This document shows, one piece after another, positions 19,884-30,280 of a stretch of DNA of 64,000 bases. Source of the stretch: Calditrichia bacterium (GTDB lineage: Bacteria; Calditrichota; Calditrichia; RBG-13-44-9; J075); assembly GCA_050633245.1 (NCBI GenBank), contig JBOEGD010000020.1, forward strand, positions 173,492 through 237,491, written 5' to 3'. The translations under genes and the position numbers were made by a program. The notes below the pieces were generated by a model, which saw only the letters and a list, made by a program, of their open reading frames with translations, made no database searches and was not told where the DNA came from. How positions within the stretch are numbered: the first letter of the stretch is position 1; every line of letters begins with the position of its first letter.

Positions 19884-20879
19884 ATGAGAACAATAGAGTT
19901 TACCGGGTATGGCACACCAGAGGTGCTTCAACTTAGGATTGTAACAAAGCCTGTAGTAAAAGAAGATGAGTTGTTGGTTCGAATCTATGCCACTGCTGTA
20001 ACAACCGCCGATTGCATCAGCAGAAAAGGTGATCCGTTCATTGCCAGAATAGGCTCCGGCCTCAGAAAACCAAATAGCGTTGGCTTTGGAAACCTTCTTG
20101 CTGGAAAGGTGGAAAGAATTGGCGGGAATGTAAAACGATTTAGAGTCGGTGACGAGGTGTTTGGGCTGTCTGGGAACATGCCCGGTGCTTATGCCGACTA
20201 TATCTCGTTGCCAGAGGAAGCTCCGGTGATAAAGAAGCCGGTGAATATGAGCTATGCTGAGGCAGTTAGTCTTTGTAGTGGTGAACTTACGGCACTTCAC
20301 TTTTTGCGAGACAAGGCAAAGATTAAAAGTGGCGATAGAATTCTCATCAATGGCGCTTCGGGATCCATTGGCGTTGCAGCCGTTCAGCTCGCCAAATACT
20401 TTGGGGCAGAAGTTACCGGTGTTTGCAGTACCACAAATGTTGAATTAGTAAAGAATCTGGGCGCCGATAAGGTGGTAGACTATACCAGGGAAGACTTCAC
20501 CCAACATAGTCAAAAGTATAATGTTGTATTCGACGCGGTGGGTAAAAGTTCTTTTTCCCGCTGTAAGGATTCTTTACTGTCGGGCGGAACATACCTGACA
20601 ACTGTTCCCTCGCTTGCAATAATGTTTCAAATGATGTGGACATCCAAAATTGGCAGCAGGAGAGCTACAATGGGCTTCGCCGGCCTGAGGGCGCCAGATA
20701 AAAAAGCCAACGATCTGATTTTCCTTAAAGAGTTAATTGAGTCAGATGTGCTTAAACCGGTAATCGACAGACACTATCTATTAGAGCAGGCGGCCGAAGC
20801 ACATCGTTATGTTGAAAAAGGCCACAAGATAGGAAACGTCGTTCTAACATTAACTGATTCAAATACTCCCTTGAAATAA
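19884..20879 (+). CDS. NAD(P)-dependent MDR-family oxidoreductase (zinc-independent, quinone-reductase-like)
   Basis: YGTPEVL, GAYADY, INGASGSIG, LGADKVVDY and AHRYVEKGHKIGNVV motifs. I placed the start at the ATG after AAGGA; the 19755 start overlaps the TBDR. Confidence 0.9.
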   Translation: MRTIEFTGYGTPEVLQLRIVTKPVVKEDELLVRIYATAVTTADCISRKGDPFIARIGSGLRKPNSVGFGNLLAGKVERIGGNVKRFRVGDEVFGLSGNMPGAYADYISLPEEAPVIKKPVNMSYAEAVSLCSGELTALHFLRDKAKIKSGDRILINGASGSIGVAAVQLAKYFGAEVTGVCSTTNVELVKNLGADKVVDYTREDFTQHSQKYNVVFDAVGKSSFSRCKDSLLSGGTYLTTVPSLAIMFQMMWTSKIGSRRATMGFAGLRAPDKKANDLIFLKELIESDVLKPVIDRHYLLEQAAEAHRYVEKGHKIGNVVLTLTDSNTPLK

Positions 20880-20903
20880 TAGCGGCTCCGCAGTAGCCGC
20901 TAT
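20879..20903 (+). terminator. Hairpin directly after the MDR gene
   Basis: ATAGCGGCT-N7-AGCCGCTAT, but without a clear U-tract. Confidence 0.4.
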
Positions 20904-21031
20904 GGACAAACCAAAGGCCTACCTTATTTTTACCTCCCGTAAGGACTTCTCTCCGTTGACGAATTGTTTTTTATCTGTGATAAAAGTTTTTCATTTATAA
21001 ATATTTTTTACTTGTATTTTGAATGTGATAA

Positions 21032-21057
21032 TTGTACCATTAGGTCAAGTGGTACAA
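21032..21057. promoter_or_regulatory. YtrA-type GntR operator
   Basis: TTGTACCA-N10-TGGTACAA perfect inverted repeat 15 nt upstream of the GntR ATG. Confidence 0.7.
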
Positions 21058-21072
21058 CAAAAAGAAGTGGCT

Positions 21073-21453
21073 ATGGAAATTACAATTGATACCAGCACAG
21101 CGGTGCCGCTATTCACTCAGCTGATAAATCAAATAAAGCAGGCGGTGCAGACAGGGCATCTAAAACCCGGCTCCGCCTTGCCGTCAATTCGGCAATTGGC
21201 TAATGACCTCGGTGTAAACCATAATACGGTTGCTAAAGCGTATCGATTGCTTGAAAGAGATTCAGTTATCGAAACGAAGGGGTACCGAGGAACATTTGTT
21301 CATCCAAATGCCGAAGCAAATAGCAGCGTGGATTTAAATGAGTGGGTAACGTTGAAGTTAACAGAAACAATAAAATTATTGCGTAGCTCCGGGGCGACCG
21401 ATTCGGAGATCCGAATTGCCTTCGGAAAAGTTATGAGTAGCCGCAATATATAG
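21073..21453 (+). CDS. GntR-family regulator, YtrA subfamily
   Basis: PLFTQL...LPSIRQLANDLGVNHNTVAKAYRLLE...GTFV with a short C-terminal helix, about 126 aa. Confidence 0.9.
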   Translation: MEITIDTSTAVPLFTQLINQIKQAVQTGHLKPGSALPSIRQLANDLGVNHNTVAKAYRLLERDSVIETKGYRGTFVHPNAEANSSVDLNEWVTLKLTETIKLLRSSGATDSEIRIAFGKVMSSRNI

Positions 21454-21466
21454 GGAGGATCGAACT

Positions 21467-22306
21467 ATGCGACTAGATATTCTTTTTGGACTGATTTTCT
21501 TAAGCCAGATTTTGCTGATTTCATATTATTTGCCGGGTAAGCTTTTGAAGCGGATACGAGCAGTATTCACCAATTACCCTCCGGAAGTATATCCTCGTCT
21601 TTATCCCAAGCCAATAAGCTATTATGAAATGGGGATGCTTCGGTTCAAGTATATGAACGGTCTGATATTGTTGATTGGAATGGCTCTGCTTGTCGTTTTT
21701 TTAGGCGATTCAACAAATGATGATTGGGGTGGAGTGGTCTTTGGTTACTTTATGATTCAGTTTATCCCAATGGCCCTTGTTGAAATCTACTCCTTTAAAT
21801 ATTTGAAGCTCTTGCGGGAAAATGATTCCCGTAGTACCCGAACGGCGAATTTACAACCGCGTCGTTTATCTGATGTGTTATCACCGGGCTTGGTTGGTTT
21901 GGCAGTTATCGTTTATGTGGCTTTTATTGTTCTGGTCGTCTATGTAAATCAATTTGGCTATCCATGGTTTGGTGGCTACGCGAATATTGCAGGGATAACG
22001 TTTGCTAACCTTCTCTTCACGGGAATTGTTCTCTGGAATTTTTATGGGGAACGGAAAAATCCATATCAGGCCTCGGAAGACAGAATGAATCAAATAAAGC
22101 TGTTGGTAAAACAAGTGGCTTTAATAAGTATTGCCGCTACTCTCTTTGTAGCATTAAACATTTTTCTTAAAGTATTCGACCTGCATCATCTCAATCAAAT
22201 AGCGCTGAGTCTTTATTTTCAACTTATTGCTTTGTTTAGCTTTCAGGGCTTTTTCATGGATACGATTAACGCTGATGTGTATAAGGAAAAGCCTCTGGTG
22301 ACTTAG
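21467..22306 (+). CDS. Multi-pass membrane protein of unknown function
   Basis: About 7 hydrophobic segments, GGGAGG RBS and a position directly behind the GntR gene. Confidence 0.8.
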   Translation: MRLDILFGLIFLSQILLISYYLPGKLLKRIRAVFTNYPPEVYPRLYPKPISYYEMGMLRFKYMNGLILLIGMALLVVFLGDSTNDDWGGVVFGYFMIQFIPMALVEIYSFKYLKLLRENDSRSTRTANLQPRRLSDVLSPGLVGLAVIVYVAFIVLVVYVNQFGYPWFGGYANIAGITFANLLFTGIVLWNFYGERKNPYQASEDRMNQIKLLVKQVALISIAATLFVALNIFLKVFDLHHLNQIALSLYFQLIALFSFQGFFMDTINADVYKEKPLVT

Positions 22307-22343
22307 GGTCATTATATATTGTTGCAAACGTGAAGGATAAATC

Positions 22344-23120
22344 TTACTGCTCGTTTGCAATGGCCATGTTTATCCAATCAAAATAGCTCGATACGCGGGT
22401 ATAGTATTCTCGAACACCGTAAACACCTTCTTTACCACCAGTTGCCCGCGTACTCTGAGCCGAGCTGATACCGGCGATAAACGCTTGGTCGCCTATTAGG
22501 ATGAATGCAGGGCCGCTACTATCCCCGGGGCCCGAGATTCCCTCATACCGGCTAACCTGTGATGAGTCGGTTTCCGGATTATTAAAAGACCATTTGAGCC
22601 AATTCTCTGAAACTTCATCCACAGTGTTCGTTGCGGCGCGTATTTTCCCGTCATTTTTTACCGGTCCCGATTTACCGGTTCCAATATCTCCATTGCCGAC
22701 TAAAAACACTTCCTTTGCCAATTCATCGCGCTCCTCATATATCGAAACCGGGAGGCAGTTTTTAACGGCTTCGGCAAGTTTGATAAGTGCGATATCCCGA
22801 CTTTCGTTCTCCTGCCACTCAGGGTGAATGACAATTTGCGCAATTTTAAATTTACTTCCACGATTAATTAGCGAGTCTCCAATGTTCAGATTCGTTGCTA
22901 CATGCGCTGCGGAGAGGATCCATTCGGGAGCTATTAAGGTGCCGGCGAGATCGGTTTTATTAATCATGAATAGAGCATTAGACTCGGGAAGATTTTTTGC
23001 GAGTTGAAGTAGTTTAGCATCTGAAGCGTCGTGTCTGGCAATGATCGGTTTTGCAAAAAGTTGTGTTAAGCCAGGGAGATAAAGAGTCAACAAGAGTATT
23101 ATCACAATAAAGTGCTTCAT
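22344..23120 (-). CDS. Secreted trypsin-like (S1) serine protease
   Basis: Signal peptide, triad motifs LSAAH, DIALIKL and GDSSGP, and YTRVS. Confidence 0.85.
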   Translation of the reverse strand: MKHFIVIILLLTLYLPGLTQLFAKPIIARHDASDAKLLQLAKNLPESNALFMINKTDLAGTLIAPEWILSAAHVATNLNIGDSLINRGSKFKIAQIVIHPEWQENESRDIALIKLAEAVKNCLPVSIYEERDELAKEVFLVGNGDIGTGKSGPVKNDGKIRAATNTVDEVSENWLKWSFNNPETDSSQVSRYEGISGPGDSSGPAFILIGDQAFIAGISSAQSTRATGGKEGVYGVREYYTRVSSYFDWINMAIANEQ

Positions 23121-23155
23121 ATATAGCTTCTCTATAGTCAAATGTAAAAGCAACC

Positions 23156-23175
23156 GAGATGTAATATTACATCTC
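23156..23175. promoter_or_regulatory. Perfect 20-bp palindrome between the propeller-esterase and protease genes
   Basis: GAGATGTAATATTACATCTC is its own reverse complement. Confidence 0.5.
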
Positions 23176-23206
23176 AGTTACACGGCACTGTAAAGTATTT
23201 CGGAGT

Positions 23207-25606
23207 TTACTTCGCAAAAAACGTCGTTAAAATCTTATCCGTTCGCGTTCGCCAGCTTGTCCACCCGAAACCACTGCTGTATTCTTGAGTGATTGGCTTA
23301 TACCCTTTCTCGGTCAGCAACTTCGCAAATTCCTGATTGCTCTGCTGCCAGTTGTAGCCGCCACTCACACTACGATAATCGTAGCTTCCCCAATCCATGT
23401 AGATCTTCACAGGCTGCTTGGGCATGGTCGTTACCATTTCACGCAGTTCCTGCCCTTCCGCGCTCATGAGATGCGAAGACTGTCCGGCTATCATACCGAA
23501 GGTACCCGGATGTTTGAACGACGTGTAAAATGAAACGTAGCCGCCCTCATCGCCACCCATAATCAAGCGATCTGCTGCTTTGCCAGTGGTGCGCCAGGTT
23601 TTGTCTACAAACGGTACCAATTCCTCGGCAAGCATACGGGAATGATTTGCTTTGTTTTGACGAGCATATTCTGCAAAACGTGTTCGTGTAGGGATTATAA
23701 AAACTGCGACTACCGGTTTTATCTGGCCTGAAGCAATCAGGTTGTCCAGCGCGGTAGGAATCTTCCCAAAGTCGATTGACATTTGGCCATAGGTGATGTA
23801 AAGCGTGGGATATTTCTGCGAACTGCTCTCATAGCCAACCGGCAGATATACTTTGATTTGCCGCGTATCGCCCATGATTGCGCTGGCATATTCTGCCTCT
23901 ACTATCTTGCCTTGTTTTTTTGCCGTCCCCAAGAAGGTTGGCTTTTTCCAGGCGGGCATGGAAAACTGCGACTCTGTTCCATTGAAATTGCCGACGGTGT
24001 CCGGGTTGAGCGGGTCGGTGATGCGGTTTTCATAGTCGCGAATAAATTGATATCCCAGATGCGCATCCGGCTTCAATTTTGTCGAATAGTAGTAAAAGTC
24101 TGTTCCGGGAACGTGAATCATCGGTTCGTCGTCGTTCTGATCAAACATGTCGCCGGTTATGACCACATCTCTCACCTTGCCATTGTAGACGAAGTGAACA
24201 AGATCGTTTCCTTCAATGATTGGAAAAGACGTTTGTTTTTTTATAAAGGCATTAATGGTCGCTTCTTTGTCAGGCGCGTTTGTTAAAGTTCTGACAAATC
24301 CGGCAAACTTAGAGTTCGGTGCAACCGGGGCGCGTTTTTCTTCTTTTATATTAATGCTGGTGCTTGCCGCAGAAATATCGATTCCCGCTATTTCCCCAAG
24401 GCTACGTGCATAGATTTTACCGTTGGCGAAGCTTGGTGGCGACCAGGCAAGATCTTCAAAGACCTTCAGGTTTGCTTTTTCATTATAGCCTTTCGGAGAA
24501 GCATCAGCAATGTGCAGCGTTCCCTGCTTGGTGAGAATCACCAGATGGTCATCAACCAAAATAACAAAGCCATCGCCCGGTGGTCGGCTTTTCCAGACGG
24601 TCTCGCCGGTGGTTTCGTTTACACAGTTTAAAAAGCGGCCGCTATAGCTGTAAAAATGCCCGTCATGATATATTGGAACGTTGAAGCTGCGCTTAATGTC
24701 GCTGCTTTTCCAAAGTTCCTTTACGGCGAATGATCCTTCGTAAGACTTTACCTCCAGCAAACTGGCTTCTCTGTTACTGGCTTGCACCAGCAAATTGTCA
24801 CCGCTTGCTCGAACCGGATTGATGCTCCCACCATTTCCCTGATGATGAAATTCCCAAAGCTTCTCACCGGTTTTGGGATTCAATCCGTACAGGTATTGTC
24901 TGCCAGCTGCAATTAATTGGGTTTGTCCGCCAAACTCTGCGAAAATTGGAGAATGATAGTCGACTTGATCATTGCCACCACTCCATAATAGCTCGCCGGT
25001 CTCTTTATTATATCCGGAGATGGTATTGCCTTCGGTCCCACCAACTTCAACGATAAGTACGTTATCGTAAACGAGAGGTGCTGTAGTAAACCCATGGTTA
25101 GGCTCTCTGGCCTTATCTTTTTCTACAAGATTACGTGACCACAATTCTTTGCCAGACCCGGCATCCAGTGCAAACAGCTTGCCCTTGCGCTCTAGTCCGA
25201 AAACCTGATTACCGTCGATTAGCGGTGTGCTGGACGGTCCATTGTGTGATCCGTTTTGACCGACATACATGGGGCCCATTTTGTACTGCCATTTAGGCTT
25301 TCCTGTTGTTGCATCGAAGGACGCAAGAATGTCTGATGTACCGTCAGTGTACATCGTAATGGCTTGTTCCGGCGTAATTGACACGCTCGAATAACCCTGG
25401 CCAATTGATTGCCTCCACGCAGTTGTCAATCCGAATGAAGATTTGTTTGAAAATACTCCGCTAACACTGCTAGTGCCATTCTGGCCTGCGCCGCGCCATT
25501 GCGGCCAGCCTTCCTGCTTTGATGATCCATCTTCTTTTGCGGTTGCCGGCAAGATTAAGCCAACCAGCATTAAAAGTACGACGCTTTTTAGAGCGATGCG
25601 TTTCAT
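23207..25606 (-). CDS. PQQ-like (BamB-type) beta-propeller fused to an E-set domain and a Fes-like esterase domain
   Basis: Signal peptide, WPQWRG and repeated AxDxxTGKxxW blades, then VHFVYNG...TDPLNP, VYLPVGY, LDNLIASG and EELVPFVD esterase-family motifs. Confidence 0.85.
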   Translation of the reverse strand: MKRIALKSVVLLMLVGLILPATAKEDGSSKQEGWPQWRGAGQNGTSSVSGVFSNKSSFGLTTAWRQSIGQGYSSVSITPEQAITMYTDGTSDILASFDATTGKPKWQYKMGPMYVGQNGSHNGPSSTPLIDGNQVFGLERKGKLFALDAGSGKELWSRNLVEKDKAREPNHGFTTAPLVYDNVLIVEVGGTEGNTISGYNKETGELLWSGGNDQVDYHSPIFAEFGGQTQLIAAGRQYLYGLNPKTGEKLWEFHHQGNGGSINPVRASGDNLLVQASNREASLLEVKSYEGSFAVKELWKSSDIKRSFNVPIYHDGHFYSYSGRFLNCVNETTGETVWKSRPPGDGFVILVDDHLVILTKQGTLHIADASPKGYNEKANLKVFEDLAWSPPSFANGKIYARSLGEIAGIDISAASTSINIKEEKRAPVAPNSKFAGFVRTLTNAPDKEATINAFIKKQTSFPIIEGNDLVHFVYNGKVRDVVITGDMFDQNDDEPMIHVPGTDFYYYSTKLKPDAHLGYQFIRDYENRITDPLNPDTVGNFNGTESQFSMPAWKKPTFLGTAKKQGKIVEAEYASAIMGDTRQIKVYLPVGYESSSQKYPTLYITYGQMSIDFGKIPTALDNLIASGQIKPVVAVFIIPTRTRFAEYARQNKANHSRMLAEELVPFVDKTWRTTGKAADRLIMGGDEGGYVSFYTSFKHPGTFGMIAGQSSHLMSAEGQELREMVTTMPKQPVKIYMDWGSYDYRSVSGGYNWQQSNQEFAKLLTEKGYKPITQEYSSGFGWTSWRTRTDKILTTFFAK

Positions 25607-25738
25607 CGGAACCTCTTGAGTTATTTATGGATAGATGCAGGCCGGTTACATTTGATAAGCCAGCCTCCCCACACGTTGGCGATAAGCGCAAAAAAGCGCT
25701 AGCTTGCTATTACGTAGGAAACCCGAAAATGTTTTGCC

Positions 25739-25765
25739 TAAAGTACTTTTAGATTCAGTCGATTA
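25739..25765 (+). promoter_or_regulatory. Sigma28 (FliA)-like promoter
   Basis: TAAA-N15-GTCGATTA (consensus TAAA-N15-GCCGATAA) about 70 nt upstream of the hybrid kinase. Confidence 0.45.
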
Positions 25766-25835
25766 TATCTTTGGAGCAGATCTTTAGCGACCATACCATA
25801 CAAATTCAATCACATCTATCAAACATGAGGACACC

Positions 25836-28800
25836 ATGTTTGTATTCCCCGTGCACGTTGCGTTAAAATCGCCCCGGTTTTTAAAGCGATTGCTTTTATC
25901 CGGAAGTCTCTGGCTTTCGCTCGTTTTGCCAGGTATGCTGTTTTCAGTCCATGCTCGCGAAATCGGCCTTCTTCCCATGGAAATATTTACGCCGGTGCAA
26001 TACGATGCGGCAAATCAAAATTGGGCCATTCTTCAGGCACCCAACGGAATGCTATATGTCGGGAATAGTAAGGGGTTGTTAGAGTATGACGGTACCACCT
26101 GGCACCTTTTTGAGCTTCCCACAATGGGGGCGGTGCGTTCATTGGCCATCGACGAGAATGGTACTCTTTTTATTGGTAGCCAGGAAGAGTTCGGTTACAT
26201 GGATATTAATTCCAATGGAGATATGTCCTATACCTCTCTCTACGAGCATGTAGAAGCGCAGGATTATGGTTTTAATGATGTCTGGAAAACAATTGTAACT
26301 GAAGATGGTGTTTTCTTCCGCACGACGAATAGGTTGTTTCGCTGGGCAAATAATGAGCTTCATGTTTGGCGTTTCCAAAACCGCTTGCAAAATCTGTTGA
26401 AGGTAGACAATAAGCTTTATATTCAGCTGCACGAAACCGGACTTTGTATGTTGATTGACGGCAGTTGGCAACCTGTCTCCGGCCTTGCAGATTTAGGCTC
26501 CTTTCGTATTACAGATATTCATTCTATCTCGGAAAGTCAGTGGCTTGTCTTCCTGCGTAATGAAGGAGTCGTGGAAGTCACGTGTTCGGAAAGTGGGATG
26601 CTCTCAACAAAACCACTTAAAAGCCCGATCTTTACAGAATTCAAAGAAAAACAAATATACTCTTCTACGCGACTTCCAAACGGCAATTTTGCTGTCGGTA
26701 CGGTTTTAGGTGGAATCTACATTATCTCTCCTGAAGGGCATTTGATAAATCGCAGCCATGCGAATAGCGGATTGCCGAGTGATCTTGTTTTAGACATTTT
26801 TCCAGATAATGAAGGCTCTCTTTGGCTGGCTCTTAATAAAGGAATTGCGCGAATTAGCAGCAACTCACCACTAAATATATTTGACGAATATCAGGGGTTA
26901 CAGGAAAATGTGCAGGCAATGGCTCGTTATAAAGATGTTCTTCATTTGTCTACTCAGGATGGACTGTGGAAGCTTGAGCCGACAGAAGGGCTAACAAAAG
27001 TGGTAAAGATCTCTGGCCTTCAAGCGATGAGTTGGGATCTGCTAACATATGAAGACGGAATACTATTGGGCGCCGGTTCAAATATCTATTCTTATGATGG
27101 CGAAGATATTACCAGGCTGGACTTCCCGATTTATTCTACGCCATATGTACTGGAGCGTTCTAAGGTAGATTCCTCCTTGTTTTACGCTGGCCGTGCAAAT
27201 GGCATAACCCGCTTTCGTTATCGCGATGGAGATTGGGAATTTCTGGATCAGATTGAGGGCGTGTCTCATCTTATTCGCTCGCTTGAGGAAGTCTTACCGG
27301 AGCATGAAGGAGGCGCAACAGTTCTTTGGGCTGGAACCCGAACCAATGGAGCTATCAGAGTCGAAATAAATGCAGCAACACAACTTATTGAGCAAGTAAC
27401 GCATTTTCGCGCAGAGAATGGACTTCCACCGGGGCAGATCGATGTTTTCAAAGCGGGTGGAACGCTGGCATTCGGAACGTCAAATGGTATCTATCGTTTT
27501 CGCGAACAGGAAGGTCGGCAAACCAAATTCTTTAAAGACCCGTTAATCACCGGAGCTCTTGGGTTTAGTGAGGCCGACTTTAAAAGCCACGCAGAAACAT
27601 CAAATGGGGATCTTTGGATTGCGTTTGAGGATAGTGTTGGGGTCCTTCGCAATCGTGATGGGATAATGCAGTGGAGCAGTCACGAGCTTAAGGCTTTGGA
27701 AGACATTAATGTAAACCATCTGCATCTCGATGGAGATTCTGTACTTTGGGTTAGCAGTGGTATCGGTCTGTATCGTTATGACCTGGCGAGTGCTGATCGA
27801 AAGGCGTCATCGTTCAATACCTATATTCGAAAAGTACATTTTTTAGAAACGGACTCAACGCTCTACAGTGGAGGACGTGTATCACCTGAAGGAGAATTTA
27901 AGGTAGAGTATTCACAACGAGAGTTGAGCTTTAGCTTTGCGGCGGGCTTTTTCGAACATAGCTTTCGCACGGAATTCAGCTATTTTTTAGAAGGTTTTGA
28001 TAAAACATGGTCTGGCTGGACAAATAAAACGGTTAAAGAATACACCAATATTCCGGAAGGCAGTTACACATTTCGTGTTCGCTCAAGAAATCTGTATGAA
28101 CAACCGGGTGAGGCGGTACTCTTTCAGTTTCAAATTCTGCCGCCGTGGTACCGTAGCTGGTGGGCCTATCTAATTTATTTGACGATTGCAGCGGCTTTTT
28201 GTATTGTGTTGATTCGCTGGAAAACCGCTGGTCTGCTGCGGGAAAATAGTGCCCTTGAGTCGGAAATAAGCGATCGGGCTGCAACGATTCTCGATCAAAA
28301 CCGTCGTCTGGAAGCATATAATAAAGAGCTTCATAAAAAGAATTCTGAAATTGAATGTCGTAATGTAGAGCTCCGGCAGGCGAAAGAAGCTGCTGAAGAG
28401 GCCACTCTTATTAAGAGCGAATTCCTCGCAAATATGAGTCATGAAATTCGAACCCCAATGAATGGTGTCGTCGGCATGACGGAATTACTCTCTGATACGC
28501 CGCTTAACACCGAGCAGCAAGAATTTGTCAGTATTATTCGCACCAGCTCAGAGTCGCTGCTAACAATTATTAACGATATTCTTGATTTCTCACGGGTTGA
28601 GTCTGGAAAGCTGGAGCTGGAGTATTTAGTCTTCGATTTGCAAAAGCTCGTACAGTCTACAATGGATATTTTACAACCGCAGGTTGCGGTAAAACCAGTG
28701 GAGCTGATTCTTGCCAGTGAGGTCGAGATGGATGGATTGATTGTTGGCGCCCCGTGCCGGTTGCGGCAAATCTTGATAAATCTGGTGACAAATGCCATCA

Positions 28801-29984
28801 AATTTACTTCAACCGGCAGGGTCGATGTCGTTATGAAGAAAATTAAAGAAACCCATGATGAGGTGACCTGCGAGTTTCGCATTACAGATACCGGGATTGG
28901 CATTCCGCAAGAGCATCTTTCCAGAATATTTAATTCATTTTCGCAGGTTGATGCATCAACAACGCGTCAATATGGTGGAACCGGACTTGGGCTTGCTATT
29001 ACCGAGAAATTGGTTATGCTAATGGGTGGGGACATCGGCGTGGAAAGCACTCCTGGGGAAGGCTCTACGTTTTGGTTCACCACCACGTTTGGAAAGGCTG
29101 CCACAGAAGAATCTGCGGGCATCGTTGCGGATACGCTCTCAGTCAATATTCTTATGGTTGATGACAGTCCGCATAGTGAAGGCAAACTATGCCATGCATT
29201 GTCCGAGCATGGACACGTGTGTGATCGGGTCGGCGGTACTCAGGAGGCCTTACAGTATGTTCGCGAGGCTCAGGCAAAGGATGAGCCGTATCAGCTAATT
29301 CTATTGGATTATCAAAAGCCTTTTGTGGATGGAGTGCTATTCGCCGGAGATTTGCACAATGATGCTGAACTAGCTGCTACGCCGATTTTTTTACTGACAC
29401 CAATGCGGGATTCTGGTGATAAATCGTTGATGCGCGAAATCGGCATCCTCGACTGTATTGCGAAGCCGGTGGAACCCGCCTACCTTTTTGCAAAGATAAA
29501 CGCCCTGTTTAGCAAAACGACCGAGTGCTCCGTTGAGGAATTCAAAGCACAAATGCTGCCTGGGAAAACTCACACAAAACATATCTTACTGGTAGAAGAC
29601 AATCCGGTAAATCGCAAGGTTGCGCTTCGCATGTTAGAAAAGCGGGACTATAAAGTATCGATTGCCCATAATGGGCAAGAGGCGCTGGATTTCCTTTGCC
29701 TGAACGAGGTAGACCTGGTTATTATGGATTTGCAAATGCCGGTGTTGGGCGGATTACAGGCAACACGACTTATCCGAGACGGTGCAGATGTGCTTGATCC
29801 TAATGTGCCAATCATTGCAATGACCGCCAATGCGATGCAACGAGATAAAGATGCCTGTGCAGAGGCCGGGATGAATGGTTACATTTCCAAACCTGTGAAA
29901 AGCGATCAGTTAACCGACGTTCTTCAAGAGGTCTTCAATACCCCACTGCTTGAAAAGTATAGCAAGTATCTTTCCTTAAGATAG
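25836..29984 (+). CDS. Hybrid sensor histidine kinase (beta-propeller/Y_Y_Y sensor, HisKA, HATPase, two REC domains)
   Basis: Reg_prop repeats, [17 protein letters not shown] after [35 protein letters not shown] and REC motifs LLDYQKP and MDLQMP. Confidence 0.93.
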   Translation: MFVFPVHVALKSPRFLKRLLLSGSLWLSLVLPGMLFSVHAREIGLLPMEIFTPVQYDAANQNWAILQAPNGMLYVGNSKGLLEYDGTTWHLFELPTMGAVRSLAIDENGTLFIGSQEEFGYMDINSNGDMSYTSLYEHVEAQDYGFNDVWKTIVTEDGVFFRTTNRLFRWANNELHVWRFQNRLQNLLKVDNKLYIQLHETGLCMLIDGSWQPVSGLADLGSFRITDIHSISESQWLVFLRNEGVVEVTCSESGMLSTKPLKSPIFTEFKEKQIYSSTRLPNGNFAVGTVLGGIYIISPEGHLINRSHANSGLPSDLVLDIFPDNEGSLWLALNKGIARISSNSPLNIFDEYQGLQENVQAMARYKDVLHLSTQDGLWKLEPTEGLTKVVKISGLQAMSWDLLTYEDGILLGAGSNIYSYDGEDITRLDFPIYSTPYVLERSKVDSSLFYAGRANGITRFRYRDGDWEFLDQIEGVSHLIRSLEEVLPEHEGGATVLWAGTRTNGAIRVEINAATQLIEQVTHFRAENGLPPGQIDVFKAGGTLAFGTSNGIYRFREQEGRQTKFFKDPLITGALGFSEADFKSHAETSNGDLWIAFEDSVGVLRNRDGIMQWSSHELKALEDINVNHLHLDGDSVLWVSSGIGLYRYDLASADRKASSFNTYIRKVHFLETDSTLYSGGRVSPEGEFKVEYSQRELSFSFAAGFFEHSFRTEFSYFLEGFDKTWSGWTNKTVKEYTNIPEGSYTFRVRSRNLYEQPGEAVLFQFQILPPWYRSWWAYLIYLTIAAAFCIVLIRWKTAGLLRENSALESEISDRAATILDQNRRLEAYNKELHKKNSEIECRNVELRQAKEAAEEATLIKSEFLANMSHEIRTPMNGVVGMTELLSDTPLNTEQQEFVSIIRTSSESLLTIINDILDFSRVESGKLELEYLVFDLQKLVQSTMDILQPQVAVKPVELILASEVEMDGLIVGAPCRLRQILINLVTNAIKFTSTGRVDVVMKKIKETHDEVTCEFRITDTGIGIPQEHLSRIFNSFSQVDASTTRQYGGTGLGLAITEKLVMLMGGDIGVESTPGEGSTFWFTTTFGKAATEESAGIVADTLSVNILMVDDSPHSEGKLCHALSEHGHVCDRVGGTQEALQYVREAQAKDEPYQLILLDYQKPFVDGVLFAGDLHNDAELAATPIFLLTPMRDSGDKSLMREIGILDCIAKPVEPAYLFAKINALFSKTTECSVEEFKAQMLPGKTHTKHILLVEDNPVNRKVALRMLEKRDYKVSIAHNGQEALDFLCLNEVDLVIMDLQMPVLGGLQATRLIRDGADVLDPNVPIIAMTANAMQRDKDACAEAGMNGYISKPVKSDQLTDVLQEVFNTPLLEKYSKYLSLR

Positions 29985-30016
29985 GCGTTAGGCAAAATCA
30001 TTCGACACTTGGAATG

Positions 30017-30082
30017 GTCACCTTGAGCGGAGTCGAAGGGCCCCAAAAGCACGTATAGACTTAGACTACGCTCAGTCTGACA
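30017..30082. repeat. REP/MITE-like imperfect inverted repeat
   Basis: GTCACCTTGAGCGGAGTCGAAG ... CTTAGACTACGCTCAGTCTGAC; the arms match at about 17 of 22 positions and resemble intergenic TGAGC-GTCGAAG repeats of FCB genomes. Confidence 0.6.
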
Positions 30083-30280
30083 TAATTGGAAAGCCTTTTT
30101 TGTCGAATAATTTTGTCTTCTCACTTATTTCTTCGAGAGTCTACAATTATTCCCTTCCTTGACAGTTGTTGCAGATTGCTTTAGAATGTATTTTGATACC
30201 GCCTGCATCCTTTCTTAATATACAGTATATATTCGCTCCCCTAATTCATGTTTCTTTCACGCAAAAATCCAGGATCATCA

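Noticed and set aside
23783-24286. Longer antisense ORFs in the track (e.g. 23783-24286, 28439-28903, 44689-45198)
   Set aside because: They are shadow frames of well-supported genes and carry no recognisable motifs.
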